A DNA stretch of 64,000 bases from an uncultured Candidatus Actinomarinales bacterium (GCA_943789065.1 CALSSQ010000001.1:32650-96649); one strand, 5' to 3'. Positions 31,119 to 40,280 are shown, counted from the stretch's first letter. The notes: a model not told the origin generated them from the sequence alone. Translations and numbers: made by a program.

Positions 31119-31274
31119 ATGAATGATAAAAAGTTCTTCATAATCTCTTTAGTTTTTTTAGTGACAGTTGTTGTAACTGCGTTCGCTGATCTTGATTATA
31201 TCTCTATGGGCTTATCCTTTGTAGCAATGGCTTTTTGCTTTTGGTATATCAAAACAAGATCTCTTCAAGAGTAA
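31119..31274 (+). CDS. Small two-helix membrane protein, 51 aa (not in the ORF track)
   Basis: MNDKKFFIISLVFLVTVVVTAFADLDYISMGLSFVAMAFCFWYIKTRSLQE; TATCAT 7 nt upstream; stop 1 nt before the next gene. Confidence 0.55.
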   Translation: MNDKKFFIISLVFLVTVVVTAFADLDYISMGLSFVAMAFCFWYIKTRSLQE

Positions 31275-31275
31275 A

Positions 31276-32211
31276 GTGAAATACTTTCGTCCCCTTGTAC
31301 CCTATTTAGTTGGATTAGCTTTACTACTTACAATCCCTGTGTTTAGAGATGTTGGAATATATAACACAATTGGTCAAGCAGTATTGTTTATTTTTGTGGT
31401 GTGCATACCAATCTCCAGAACAGGCCGAATGAGTTATGTTGATATCGCCTGGCCATGGGGACTAGTTCTTGTGGGAGTCATTAGTTTTATATTTAGTGAT
31501 GGCTATTGGCTTAGGTCATTATTTATTAGTGGAATGGTAATTCTTGTTGGCCTGAGAATGGGGTTGGGTGCAGTCAAGATGTGGAGATCAGGGTATTTAG
31601 ACAAAGAATTACCACGTTATGAATATCAACATATTCGTTGGAAAAAGAAAGGAAAAGATAATACGCAACTTGCCCTTCAGGTAGATGCGATTTCTCAGGG
31701 TCTAGCTAATGCGTCTTTTCTAGCGTTGCCCATTTTTATCACCGCAACAAATGCACAACAGTCATTTGGGGCAGTAGAAATACTAGGTATCTGCATTTGG
31801 GGAGTAGCTTTACTTATGGAGTCAATAGCTGACTTTCAGAAACTAGCTTTTCTCAAAAGAATGAAAAAAGAAGAGAAGCGTAATCAAGTCTGCAATGTCG
31901 GCTTATGGAAATATTCAAGACATCCAAACTATTTTGCAGAATGGATGGTATGGAATGGCCTTATTATTACCGCTCTTCCATCATGGCTTGCTCTAAAAGA
32001 TATACAATCAGGATTTTTTAATGATCAAATCGAACAGATTCTTTGGTTACTGTTAGGTGCAGGTCTAATCTTTGTCTCAAGAATGATGTATCTTACCCTC
32101 GTCTATGCAACTGGTGCTATTCCTGCAGAACATTATTCTGCCCAAAAAAGACCTGAATACAAAGAGTATCAAAAGACAACAAATAGATTTTTTCCAGGAC
32201 CCCCTAAGTAA
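31276..32211 (+). CDS. DUF1295 (steroid 5-alpha-reductase-like) membrane protein
   Basis: SYVDIAW, ESIADFQK, GLWKYSRHPNYFAEW, YQKTTNRFFP. Confidence 0.85.
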   Translation: MKYFRPLVPYLVGLALLLTIPVFRDVGIYNTIGQAVLFIFVVCIPISRTGRMSYVDIAWPWGLVLVGVISFIFSDGYWLRSLFISGMVILVGLRMGLGAVKMWRSGYLDKELPRYEYQHIRWKKKGKDNTQLALQVDAISQGLANASFLALPIFITATNAQQSFGAVEILGICIWGVALLMESIADFQKLAFLKRMKKEEKRNQVCNVGLWKYSRHPNYFAEWMVWNGLIITALPSWLALKDIQSGFFNDQIEQILWLLLGAGLIFVSRMMYLTLVYATGAIPAEHYSAQKRPEYKEYQKTTNRFFPGPPK

Positions 32212-32387
32212 AAAAGAGTTGGTGTAGATACCACAAGTGTATGCACAGGGTAAGCAGTACCTACATTTAACCAACATCTTTTGTGACTGGTGAGCATTGA
32301 AAGTACTAAATTAATTTATGTCCATTCAACGCTCTAAGTTAAGTATTGCATTGAGCTAAGACAGAAATTTTCAGCGGAAAGCAGATC

Positions 32388-33332
32388 TTATAGTAGCTCT
32401 ACCGCCTGCTTGATAACGTCTATTGTTTCATTACGCTTATCTTCTTGCAGTGATAGTAACTGTAGATAAACAGCCTCAATTCCAACTTCTTGCCACATAG
32501 ATAAAGTTGTGGCAACCTCATCTGGTGTACCGTAGAGATAGCTTTTCTCTTTCCAGGTATTAGCTATTTCTTCTTCAGTTTGGGCTAGTGCTTTAGCCGC
32601 AGCAGTTACTGATTCTCCAACACGTTCTTGTGTCAAACCTACTACTGGAGGACAGGCTGTAGTAATTTCTAGTTTCGAGACATCTCTTCCGTCTTCAGCT
32701 GCAACTTCTTTAAATAAAGAGATGCTATTAACTAATGTCTCTTTAGGTCCAGCGTATATATTGAACTCTTCCGAATACTTTCCAGCAAGGGTAGGGGTTT
32801 TCACCTTTCCTCCACCACCAATAATGATAGGAATGTCTTGTAAGGTTGCTGGCTCAACAGGAAACTGTTCAAGCTGATAGTACTCACCTTGAAACCCCTT
32901 ATCATTTCCTGAAAGTGCTTCTCTGATGTAAATGAGTGACTCTTCAAGCATTTCAAATCGAGTTTTTAAATCTGGGAATGGTATGCCGTAGAGATCATGT
33001 TCAATTTCTAGCCACCCAGTTCCAACACCTAAACGAAATCTTCCTTTTGCCATATCATTTATTGTTGAGGCCATTTTGACCAGCACGCTTGGATGTCTAA
33101 AGGTTATTGGCGAGACAAGTATTGAGTACACCATTTTTTCTGTATCTCTAACTAGTCCTGCGCTCGCAGTTAACAAATCTAAAGCTGGAGTGGCGTCATT
33201 TTTATCATGTCGTTGTTTCCCAACTATATAGTGGTCCGGAAGGCCTATTCTCTCAATTTCATTTTGTTCTGACCATTTAGATAGATTCAAGAGCGTGTCG
33301 TAACTTCCACGAGCCTGAAGAAATATTTTCAT
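32388..33332 (-). CDS. LLM-class (luciferase-like, possibly F420-dependent) oxidoreductase
   Basis: PDHY, LVSPITFRHP, GRFRLGVGTGW, PIIIGGGG. Confidence 0.85.
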   Translation of the reverse strand: MKIFLQARGSYDTLLNLSKWSEQNEIERIGLPDHYIVGKQRHDKNDATPALDLLTASAGLVRDTEKMVYSILVSPITFRHPSVLVKMASTINDMAKGRFRLGVGTGWLEIEHDLYGIPFPDLKTRFEMLEESLIYIREALSGNDKGFQGEYYQLEQFPVEPATLQDIPIIIGGGGKVKTPTLAGKYSEEFNIYAGPKETLVNSISLFKEVAAEDGRDVSKLEITTACPPVVGLTQERVGESVTAAAKALAQTEEEIANTWKEKSYLYGTPDEVATTLSMWQEVGIEAVYLQLLSLQEDKRNETIDVIKQAVELL

Positions 33333-33443
33333 AACGTTAGTTTAATCTAAATATTTTTTCAATCTTGTCATTGGGTTTTTCTTGATAAGCCATTTCTAAG
33401 AAATGTTCCACTAGATATTTACCCACTTGGTACCTAGGTTAAC

Positions 33444-34064
33444 TTACTTATCTACTTCAATCACAATTGTTTGTGGATTAGCAGTTTCATATGATCTGAA
33501 GATACTTCCAGGAACTATTCCTACTGATAATTCTAGATTGGCTTCAAATTCTCCATACGCACGTCCATATAAAATGGGTCCATCGCTTTCAACTATACGT
33601 TGACCACTGAATGTAGATGCAGTTCTTTCATTGTCTAGTAACCATCCTCCATCACTGTTACGTACAATGCTGTATCCAGGAAAACTTATATACAACCATT
33701 CCTCAACATAATCTGGAATAAACGGACCCATTTCTGGATCAATAGTACATGTTTCACGGTCACATCTTGCAATATATGGTGAATTAGGGATTAAATCACT
33801 ATCTTGAGTTATATCTAAATCAATAATGAAAGAATCAAAAGTATCGCCTTTTACAATGCGGATACCATTTATGTAGGGTGTTGTTCCTTTATATGCTCCA
33901 TCATTATCAATGAAGTCTGAAACAGTTGTTGTAGTTGTTGTTTCTAAAAGAGTAGTCGTTGTTGTTTCTAAAAGAGTAGTTGTTGTTGTTTCTTGAAAAG
34001 TTGCAGTAGTTTCTGATCCACCGCACATAATTAGGATTAAAAGAATACTTATATATTTCCTCAC
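33444..34064 (-). CDS. Lipoprotein with Thr-rich stalk and small beta-rich domain
   Basis: GTG start MRKYISILLILIMCGGS, ETTTTTLL repeats; signal module shared with 35504..36436. Confidence 0.7.
   Translation of the reverse strand: MRKYISILLILIMCGGSETTATFQETTTTTLLETTTTTLLETTTTTTVSDFIDNDGAYKGTTPYINGIRIVKGDTFDSFIIDLDITQDSDLIPNSPYIARCDRETCTIDPEMGPFIPDYVEEWLYISFPGYSIVRNSDGGWLLDNERTASTFSGQRIVESDGPILYGRAYGEFEANLELSVGIVPGSIFRSYETANPQTIVIEVDK
33925..33995. repeat. 24-bp imperfect tandem repeat coding ETTTTTLL
   Basis: gttgtttctaaaagagtagt occurs twice with a third degenerate copy. Confidence 0.75.
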
Positions 34065-34248
34065 AGAACAATCTTACAAAGTAAAAAGCCGAACAACATA
34101 ATTTTTAATAATTTGAAAGAACTACTAAGTCATTAAACCAAATATGGGCGTCAATTCTATGGACACTAGAGCAAATGTTTTCGCTCAAGAACCTTTGATT
34201 GCATTGAGCAACAGCTCTTGGTGCTGGCAATGCTCTCGCTATCCAGCA

Positions 34249-34288
34249 ATTTGAACCTGTGACTTCTTCCTTGTAAGGGAAGCGCTCA
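34249..34288 (-). repeat. tRNA-Val(TAC) 3' fragment, copy 3 (att-like scar)
   Basis: 40 bp identical to 37673..37712; minus strand reads GAGCGCTTCCCTTACAAGGAAGAAGTCACAGGTTCAAAT (anticodon arm with TAC, T-loop GTTCAAAT). Confidence 0.85.
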
Positions 34289-34334
34289 TAATACATTCTT
34301 ATTAATATAAGATTTGTTATGAAAAGGAGACTAC

Positions 34335-34709
34335 ATGGAGTTACATAAAAACAGTGGAGAACTTAGAGTCGTTATAGATGTGAGCTATACGTCTGCAGAG
34401 GAGTTTTTAGATTTTATTAAAAATGAACAATGTCAATTTATTGATAGCTTAGGTGTAGCAGGTCTTAAAAAATTTGAATGGTACGTTGATGAAGATACTA
34501 ACACAGCGACATTAGTTGAGGTATTTGATAATGCCGAGAGCTTTGGAGAACTTGCTACAAAAGCATTAGGTACGCCAGTCAATCTGAAATTTCGTGAGTT
34601 AGCCAAGTTTGAAAATATGACCATCTTAGGTGACGTATCAGAAGAAATGAAAGAAAACTTAGCTGCTATGGAGCCAAAAATAAAAACTTTTAAAGCAGGT
34701 TTAAACTAA
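34335..34709 (+). CDS. ABM/dimeric alpha-beta barrel-like protein
   Basis: SD AAGGAG; FEWYVDE...TLVEVFDNAE pattern typical of ABM-like proteins. Confidence 0.55.
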   Translation: MELHKNSGELRVVIDVSYTSAEEFLDFIKNEQCQFIDSLGVAGLKKFEWYVDEDTNTATLVEVFDNAESFGELATKALGTPVNLKFRELAKFENMTILGDVSEEMKENLAAMEPKIKTFKAGLN

Positions 34710-34720
34710 GTTATATTTAG

Positions 34721-35119
34721 ATGAACAAAAAACCAAAACTCTCTCTTTCTACAGTAATTAGAAGATTTTTCTCTATATTCCTTCTCTTCTCCATTATCTC
34801 TGGAATCATTAATGATATTTTATCTGGAACCTTTTCTGGTGACAGTATTGGTGGAGCAGTAGGGGGTTTAGTGATTGTATTCTTCCTCTCAGGTATTGGA
34901 CGAAGATCAAAAGCACCTACTAGTGATGATGACCCCAAAGAGACTACGGAGGAAGATAAAGATATTTACGATGAAGAAACTTTACAGGAGTTTGAAAAAT
35001 TTGATTCTGAAGAAGTTGTTGTGAAAGAAAGTGAAATAACTAACAAGTCTTATAACCCTATTAAAGACAAGGACAGCTTTTTAGTAAGAATTTTTAGAGG
35101 GAGAGTTGACCGTATTTAA
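34721..35119 (+). CDS. Hypothetical membrane protein (two TM helices plus acidic tail)
   Basis: 132-aa ORF with two hydrophobic segments. Confidence 0.6.
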   Translation: MNKKPKLSLSTVIRRFFSIFLLFSIISGIINDILSGTFSGDSIGGAVGGLVIVFFLSGIGRRSKAPTSDDDPKETTEEDKDIYDEETLQEFEKFDSEEVVVKESEITNKSYNPIKDKDSFLVRIFRGRVDRI

Positions 35120-35400
35120 TCTTGATAGATAATATTTCCGTTTACGAGAATCTTAAATTTAAGTTTAAAAAAGAATGATACATATACTTCAATAGATTTA
35201 ATGTCTTCAGATACATCATATTTAGAAAGAAGTACTTTTTTGCCGGTAGCAATTTTATCTTTGTTTTGATCTAAGTGTTCACCATCTAGATACAGGTCAG
35301 CAGCACCTTGGAGTTTCCAATTCCACCAATTGGATACTTTGATTTCTCTTCCATTAAAATCAACTGTGCGTTCTTCTAGATTTGGTGTTGCTGTTTTCAT
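35116..35400 (-). CDS. Hypothetical small beta-rich protein
   Basis: 94-aa ORF with ATG start and a TAATAT box upstream. Confidence 0.6.
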   Translation of the reverse strand: MKTATPNLEERTVDFNGREIKVSNWWNWKLQGAADLYLDGEHLDQNKDKIATGKKVLLSKYDVSEDIKSIEVYVSFFFKLKFKILVNGNIIYQD

Positions 35401-35503
35401 CAGATAAATATTATCACAAGCTCAAGTAAACGAGTATGTTTTTCTACATTTTGGGTGTTAATTGGCTGATAAGAAAAAGATTGATGAGAACTTTAAGAAA
35501 CTA

Positions 35504-36436
35504 TTATGGGGTATATTCATAAATCTTTCTAGATAGAGCATCGTTTGGTGGTGAAAGTATTTTTTCAACAAAGTCAGTATATAATTGATGAGATAACGGA
35601 AGGGTATTTTTTAAATCCTCTTTACTAGATATTCTAAATTCTTCATGTGGAATATTCCATAGATAGCCATAATTCCACTCAGTTACAATCACCCAAAAAA
35701 AGAATTCTTGAGTGACAACTCTATAATGCTGTTCTTCACCAATAGAAGCCACATCGGGATAACTCTCATCATTGAATGAACCATTATCAACAGCTTCATG
35801 ATACGCTTTTCTAAGAGCGGAGTTAGGATTTGTATAATCCCAATCAGGAGACATCAACCTGAAGCCAATATTGGTAATAGTATGTAAAGAGTGTTCAAGA
35901 ATTGTACCTAATTGTCTATCAGTAGACTCGCCATCATCCCAAATATAATCTGTTTGATTATCTTCATACGTACGATTTTTTTGGTCAGGACAACACGAAA
36001 CTAATGGAGAGTCAGTATCCAAATCATAAAATTCTGGACCTAAATATCCAACTCTTTGATACACATATTCATTTCTTAACACTGAGAAAAATTCTTCTTG
36101 AAGTGCTGTGTCAATATTTTCATTATCTAAGAACATAAGACTTATTATTGAAGCTACTTTTAATAAAAAGGTATCACTAGCTTCCTGTAATTTAACTTCC
36201 CGTAATTTAAATACTCTTAATGGTCCTACATCTACATATGTGGTGAAGTCTGTATAGGAGTTGTCTTGAACAATTGTGAATTTGTTGATTATATCTTGTG
36301 CTTTCTTTATATTTTCGTCTAAAAGTGTAGTCGATGTACTCGATGATGTACTCGATGATGTATCTTGAACAGTTATGGCACTATCGGAACCACCACACAT
36401 AACAAGAATTAAAAGAATAATCGTATATTTCCTCAC
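35504..36436 (-). CDS. Lipoprotein with EHxxH zincin-like domain (paralog of 4834..6060)
   Basis: GTG start MRKYTIILLILVMCGGS, Ser/Thr stalk, TILEHSLHTIT, VTQEFFFW. Confidence 0.75.
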   Translation of the reverse strand: MRKYTIILLILVMCGGSDSAITVQDTSSSTSSSTSTTLLDENIKKAQDIINKFTIVQDNSYTDFTTYVDVGPLRVFKLREVKLQEASDTFLLKVASIISLMFLDNENIDTALQEEFFSVLRNEYVYQRVGYLGPEFYDLDTDSPLVSCCPDQKNRTYEDNQTDYIWDDGESTDRQLGTILEHSLHTITNIGFRLMSPDWDYTNPNSALRKAYHEAVDNGSFNDESYPDVASIGEEQHYRVVTQEFFFWVIVTEWNYGYLWNIPHEEFRISSKEDLKNTLPLSHQLYTDFVEKILSPPNDALSRKIYEYTP

Positions 36437-36513
36437 AGATGAAGTATGGCACTAAATATGTGGGATGTGTCGGAGGAAATGATATTTTCGCTCAATAATT
36501 CAGTGAACCCCCA

Positions 36514-36551
36514 TGGGCGCTACAGGATTTAAACCTGTTAGTTCTTGCTTG
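36514..36551 (-). repeat. tRNA-Val 3' fragment, copy 2 (degenerate, keeps the acceptor end AGCGCCCA)
   Basis: tgggcgctacaggatttaaacctgttagttcttgcttg differs from copy 1 at four positions over the T-arm and variable region. Confidence 0.75.
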
Positions 36552-36569
36552 AATCATTAGGATTAGAAT

Positions 36570-37655
36570 ATGAAAACGAAATTCTTTGTACTTTTACTTA
36601 TCTTTGTATCTTGTGGACCAACGGAATCAGAAATACAAGAACAAATTGAGCAAGCAGTAGAGCAAGCTACTTCTACTACTACAACAACTAAATATGTAGT
36701 TCAGAATCCTCTTCTTGAGGAAGAATCTATTGCACCTCTAGTTCCTTTTGAAGGGAGATATTCTTCATTTGAATGTCCTGACGCACCTCCACCAAAAGAA
36801 GAATTATTCCTAGTTAATCTCTCATCCATACCAGATGAGAATCTAATTCAATGTTACAACTATGCATTATCCAAAACTATACCTACAGAGATTGAAACAC
36901 TTCTCATAATTTATCCTGTTGGGGATTTTGTTGGTGAACTTCAAAATAATGATACTCCTTACAGAGGAGCTGGTTTTGAACCCGTCCTTAATGAGAATGA
37001 AGTTTCAACTATATATGAAAGAGTTTTAGAATTTTATGGTCCTGAGTGTAATGTAGAACAACAAGCTTATGGGATTGCTCGTTATGCTGAGATAGGTGGA
37101 GGGCAGCAAGTCCAGGCTGCATTATGCCCGGAACTATCCAACAAAAAAACTGTCATAATAACCATAGATCCTGAGAGAAAGAAAATTCCTATAGAATTAC
37201 AGTTTGTATTTTTTCATGAAATTTTTCATGCATTACAAATTCATCTACCCTATTTAGATGACTGTCTTCTTTCAGATTCTCCAGAAGATAGCTTTGCTTT
37301 AGTCGAAGGAGGTGCAAATTATTTTGCCTGGGTGACCACAGCAACTTTGCAAAACATACCAAAAGAACAATTAATGGGAGAATGGTTAACGTTTATAAAA
37401 CATATTATTGCTGTTGGAGAGAGTACAACAGAATTTAAAGATCCCGCTATCGCTGAAAAAGCAGCGATAGGTCTATATTTATTAGTTCAAAGAGGCGACC
37501 TTGATGAAGAGCTTTTATTAAACGCAACTATTTTTAGTACTTGTAATGGAGACTACTTTAGTTCTGAAATGATGACCATCGCAAGACAGTATTGGTATGA
37601 TGCTGAAGTTGTGAATGGAAAAGTATTATTTTCTGACCAAGCACTTAGCAAATAA
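36570..37655 (+). CDS. Lipoprotein with HExxH...EG gluzincin-like motif
   Basis: Lipobox FVSC, Thr-rich linker, FFHEIFHALQ followed by LVEGGANY. Confidence 0.75.
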   Translation: MKTKFFVLLLIFVSCGPTESEIQEQIEQAVEQATSTTTTTKYVVQNPLLEEESIAPLVPFEGRYSSFECPDAPPPKEELFLVNLSSIPDENLIQCYNYALSKTIPTEIETLLIIYPVGDFVGELQNNDTPYRGAGFEPVLNENEVSTIYERVLEFYGPECNVEQQAYGIARYAEIGGGQQVQAALCPELSNKKTVIITIDPERKKIPIELQFVFFHEIFHALQIHLPYLDDCLLSDSPEDSFALVEGGANYFAWVTTATLQNIPKEQLMGEWLTFIKHIIAVGESTTEFKDPAIAEKAAIGLYLLVQRGDLDEELLLNATIFSTCNGDYFSSEMMTIARQYWYDAEVVNGKVLFSDQALSK

Positions 37656-37660
37656 TTTAT

Positions 37661-37712
37661 GTCGGCTACAGGATTTGAACCTGTGACTTCTTCCTTGTAA
37701 GGGAAGCGCTCA
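37661..37712 (-). repeat. tRNA-Val(TAC) 3' fragment, copy 1 (att-like scar)
   Basis: Minus strand GAGCGCTTCCCTTACAAGGAAGAAGTCACAGGTTCAAATCCTGTAGCCGAC; lacks the 5' acceptor strand and D-loop. Confidence 0.85.
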
Positions 37713-38192
37713 GTTTACAATATCCTCAGGTGGTTCATCGTACCCCCATTCTTTCAGCAGCCTTTATGCTTCTCGGTCGAATTGTCTGATCAGTATCAGA
37801 ATATTTGATATTAAACTTTATAGGACCTTCTTGTGCTTGCCTTTGTTTTTTTAATTCCTCACGAGCATTCTCAATTATCATTCCCAAGATTAAGGTTTTG
37901 TATGACCTAGATATTTATTAAGTTCTTTTAGTTCCATAGTGTCAATTTCTCTTCCAATACGTTCCTAGTCCTCTGGCATAGTTATCCATCATTTTTTGAT
38001 AAATCGGGTAGTGAAGCTCTTGTGTTGAGACTTAATTTTCTCTCTTACATGGGGCCTTTGTAGAGTTCGACATACAGCGCTCGGGGAGAGACCAAGTTGT
38101 TTTGCAATACTTCTTTGACTCTCACCTTCAACGGTAAGTCTTACAATCTCTAATTCTTTCTTATTTAACGGCGTATTTTCACTTTTGGTCAT
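37710..38192 (-). CDS. HTH protein of possible mobile-element origin (frameshifted)
   Basis: MTKSENTPLNKKELEIVRLTVEGESQRSIAKQLGLSPSAVCRTLQ HTH; reading continues through frameshifts to a TGA overlapping tRNA fragment copy 1. Confidence 0.5.
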
Positions 38193-38311
38193 TTTTAGTA
38201 TTCTGACAGATTCAGATATATAGGTTTTTTTCCAAGTATAATTTTCACGCAACTGATAAAAGTATCTTAGAGACAATGCTGTACTTTCCTATATATATGT
38301 AGTTACAAAAG

Positions 38312-38384
38312 CGGCCTCGGCAAGATTCGAACTTGCGACACCAGGTTTAGGAAACCTGTGCTCTATCCCCTGAGCTACGAGGCC
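38312..38384 (-). tRNA. tRNA-Arg(CCT)
   Basis: GGCCTCG acceptor stem, TAGCTCAG D-arm, CAGGT-TTCCTAA-ACCTG anticodon arm, GTTCGAATC T-loop; no encoded CCA. Confidence 0.95.
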
Positions 38385-38431
38385 AAGTAAAAACGTAGTA
38401 CTTGTAGATACTATTTGTATATAGGTAATAA

Positions 38432-39422
38432 ATGTTAGCAGTCGACGTTAAGAATATTAAGAAAACTTTTACGAGCAAACAAGACACGGTTGAGGCAGTA
38501 AAAGATGTAAGCTTTCAGGTTGAGCAAGGAGAAATCTTTGGGCTACTTGGCCCCAATGGAGCTGGAAAATCTACAACTATCTTAATGCTTACCACATTAC
38601 TTAGCATTACAGATGGCAAGGCCTCAATATTAGGTATTGATGTTGAGACACAAGATAAACAAGTTCGAGAAAAAATAGGTGTCGCGTTACAAGACACAGG
38701 AATAGATCAATCTCTTAACCGGTCGAGAGTTATTTTTTACTACTTGTCGTTTATGGGGATACTACAAAGCTGATTCTGAAAAAGAACAAAAGAACTCTTA
38801 GAACTCGTCGGACTTACCGAAGCAGCTGGATAGAGAGAGTCAAAACTTATTCAGGAGGTATGAAAAGAAGATTAGATCTAGGTCTTAGTCTCGTACACTC
38901 ACCAGAGATTTTGTTTTTAGATGAACCAACAACTGGTTTAGACCCGGGTTCTAGAAGAGTGTTATGGGATGAGATAAAAAGACTTCGAGACACTGGTGTC
39001 ACAGTCATTTTGACCACACAATACCTTGAAGAGGCTGATGAATTAGCAGATCAGAATAGCAATTATTGATGAAGGATTAGTTGTTGCAGAGGGTACTTCT
39101 GATGAGCTCAAAGCCAGTATTGGTGGGAGATGTCATAACTTTTCCTTTCGACTACAGAGGAGATATTACAAAAGCGCAACAAATATCTCACTGACTCTGT
39201 ACAAGAAAAAGATGGAATTAAGAATCACTGTTGCAGATGGCGCTTCAAAAATTCCAGGATACATTAAAAGTTAACTCACTCAGAGGTATTGAAGTCAGTT
39301 CAGTATCTGCAAGTAAACCAACACTAGATGATGTATTTCTTGAAGTAACTGGATATAGACTTGAGGGTTCAGAAGAACCTGTTGAAGAGACACCAGCACC
39401 AACTCGAGGAAGAGGTAGATAA
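38432..39422 (+). CDS. DrrA-like ABC-2 exporter ATPase (multiple frameshifts)
   Basis: [40 protein letters not shown] spread across fragments. Confidence 0.8.
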
Positions 39423-40223
39423 TGGAGATCAAATAGATCATTTGCTGTACTCAGCTTCAGATTTTAACAAAGAGATTAGTACTTACGAGTTATGCGTAGA
39501 CCATTGGCAGAACTTCCTAATATTTTTATCTCTGCATTCTTTCTTTTTGTATATGACGGTGCATTAGGAGGAGTTTTTGGTGGCTCAGCACAGGGGACAC
39601 CTCTTGATTTTGCTAATGGTAACTTTGTGAACTTCATTCTTCCAGTATCTATAGTCTCAGCATCTGTCAGTGGTGGTGCCTCTGGTATATACCTTGTTGA
39701 GGATATTGAATCTGGTGTATTTAAACGATATCAAAGTATGCCAATTTCAAAATGGGCAATTATTTTGGCTCCTATGTTAGTTGGTGCATTAAGAGTCTTG
39801 CTTCAAGCTGGGTTAATTATGGTTATAGGAAAATTTATTGGTGCAGATCCTGCTGTTGGACGCAGTTGGTTCTTTGTTGTTCTTATCCATTGCCTTTTTA
39901 TGGGGGATGGGATTTGCTGGATACTCTGTTGCAGCAGGTGTTCGTTCTGGATCTTCACAGGGTGCACAAGCAGCATCTTTTCTATTTTTCCCAGCATTAT
40001 TTTTAGCACCAACATTTGTTCCACGAGAAGCATTAAGAGGATGGCTTGCAACAGCTTCCGCATACAATCCAACAACATATGTTATTGAAGTCAATGAGAG
40101 CGATTATGGTTGATGGTTGGGTACAGATGTTATTGCTAAAGGCTATATTGCAGCAGGATCTTTTGCCTTTTAACTCTAACTTTTGCAGTTATTTCTGCTG
40201 GAAAAGCTACAGAAAAAGCATAA
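39422..40223 (+). CDS. ABC-2 permease (multiple frameshifts)
   Basis: NFILP, EDIESGVFKRYQSMP, FFPALFLAPTFVP, YNPTTY across fragments; boundaries approximate. Confidence 0.75.
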
Positions 40224-40280
40224 AATACTGCTTTAGTTAGTAATTAAATTTAATTACTCTATATACTTCTTAAGGAAATT

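Noticed and set aside
32077-32277. Cys-rich 66-aa minus-strand ORF
   Set aside because: Mostly antisense to the DUF1295 gene and has no supporting start signals
32325-32365. TAGCTCA...AGAGCG on the minus strand resembling a tRNA D-arm
   Set aside because: Loop too long and no anticodon or T arm follows; likely chance
34105-34296. 63-aa ORF MYYERFPYKEEVTGSN...
   Set aside because: Translation of the tRNA-Val fragment, not a protein gene
37661-37712. Intact tRNA-Val gene
   Set aside because: The 5' acceptor strand and D-loop are absent and the acceptor 3' strand is altered, so it cannot form a cloverleaf
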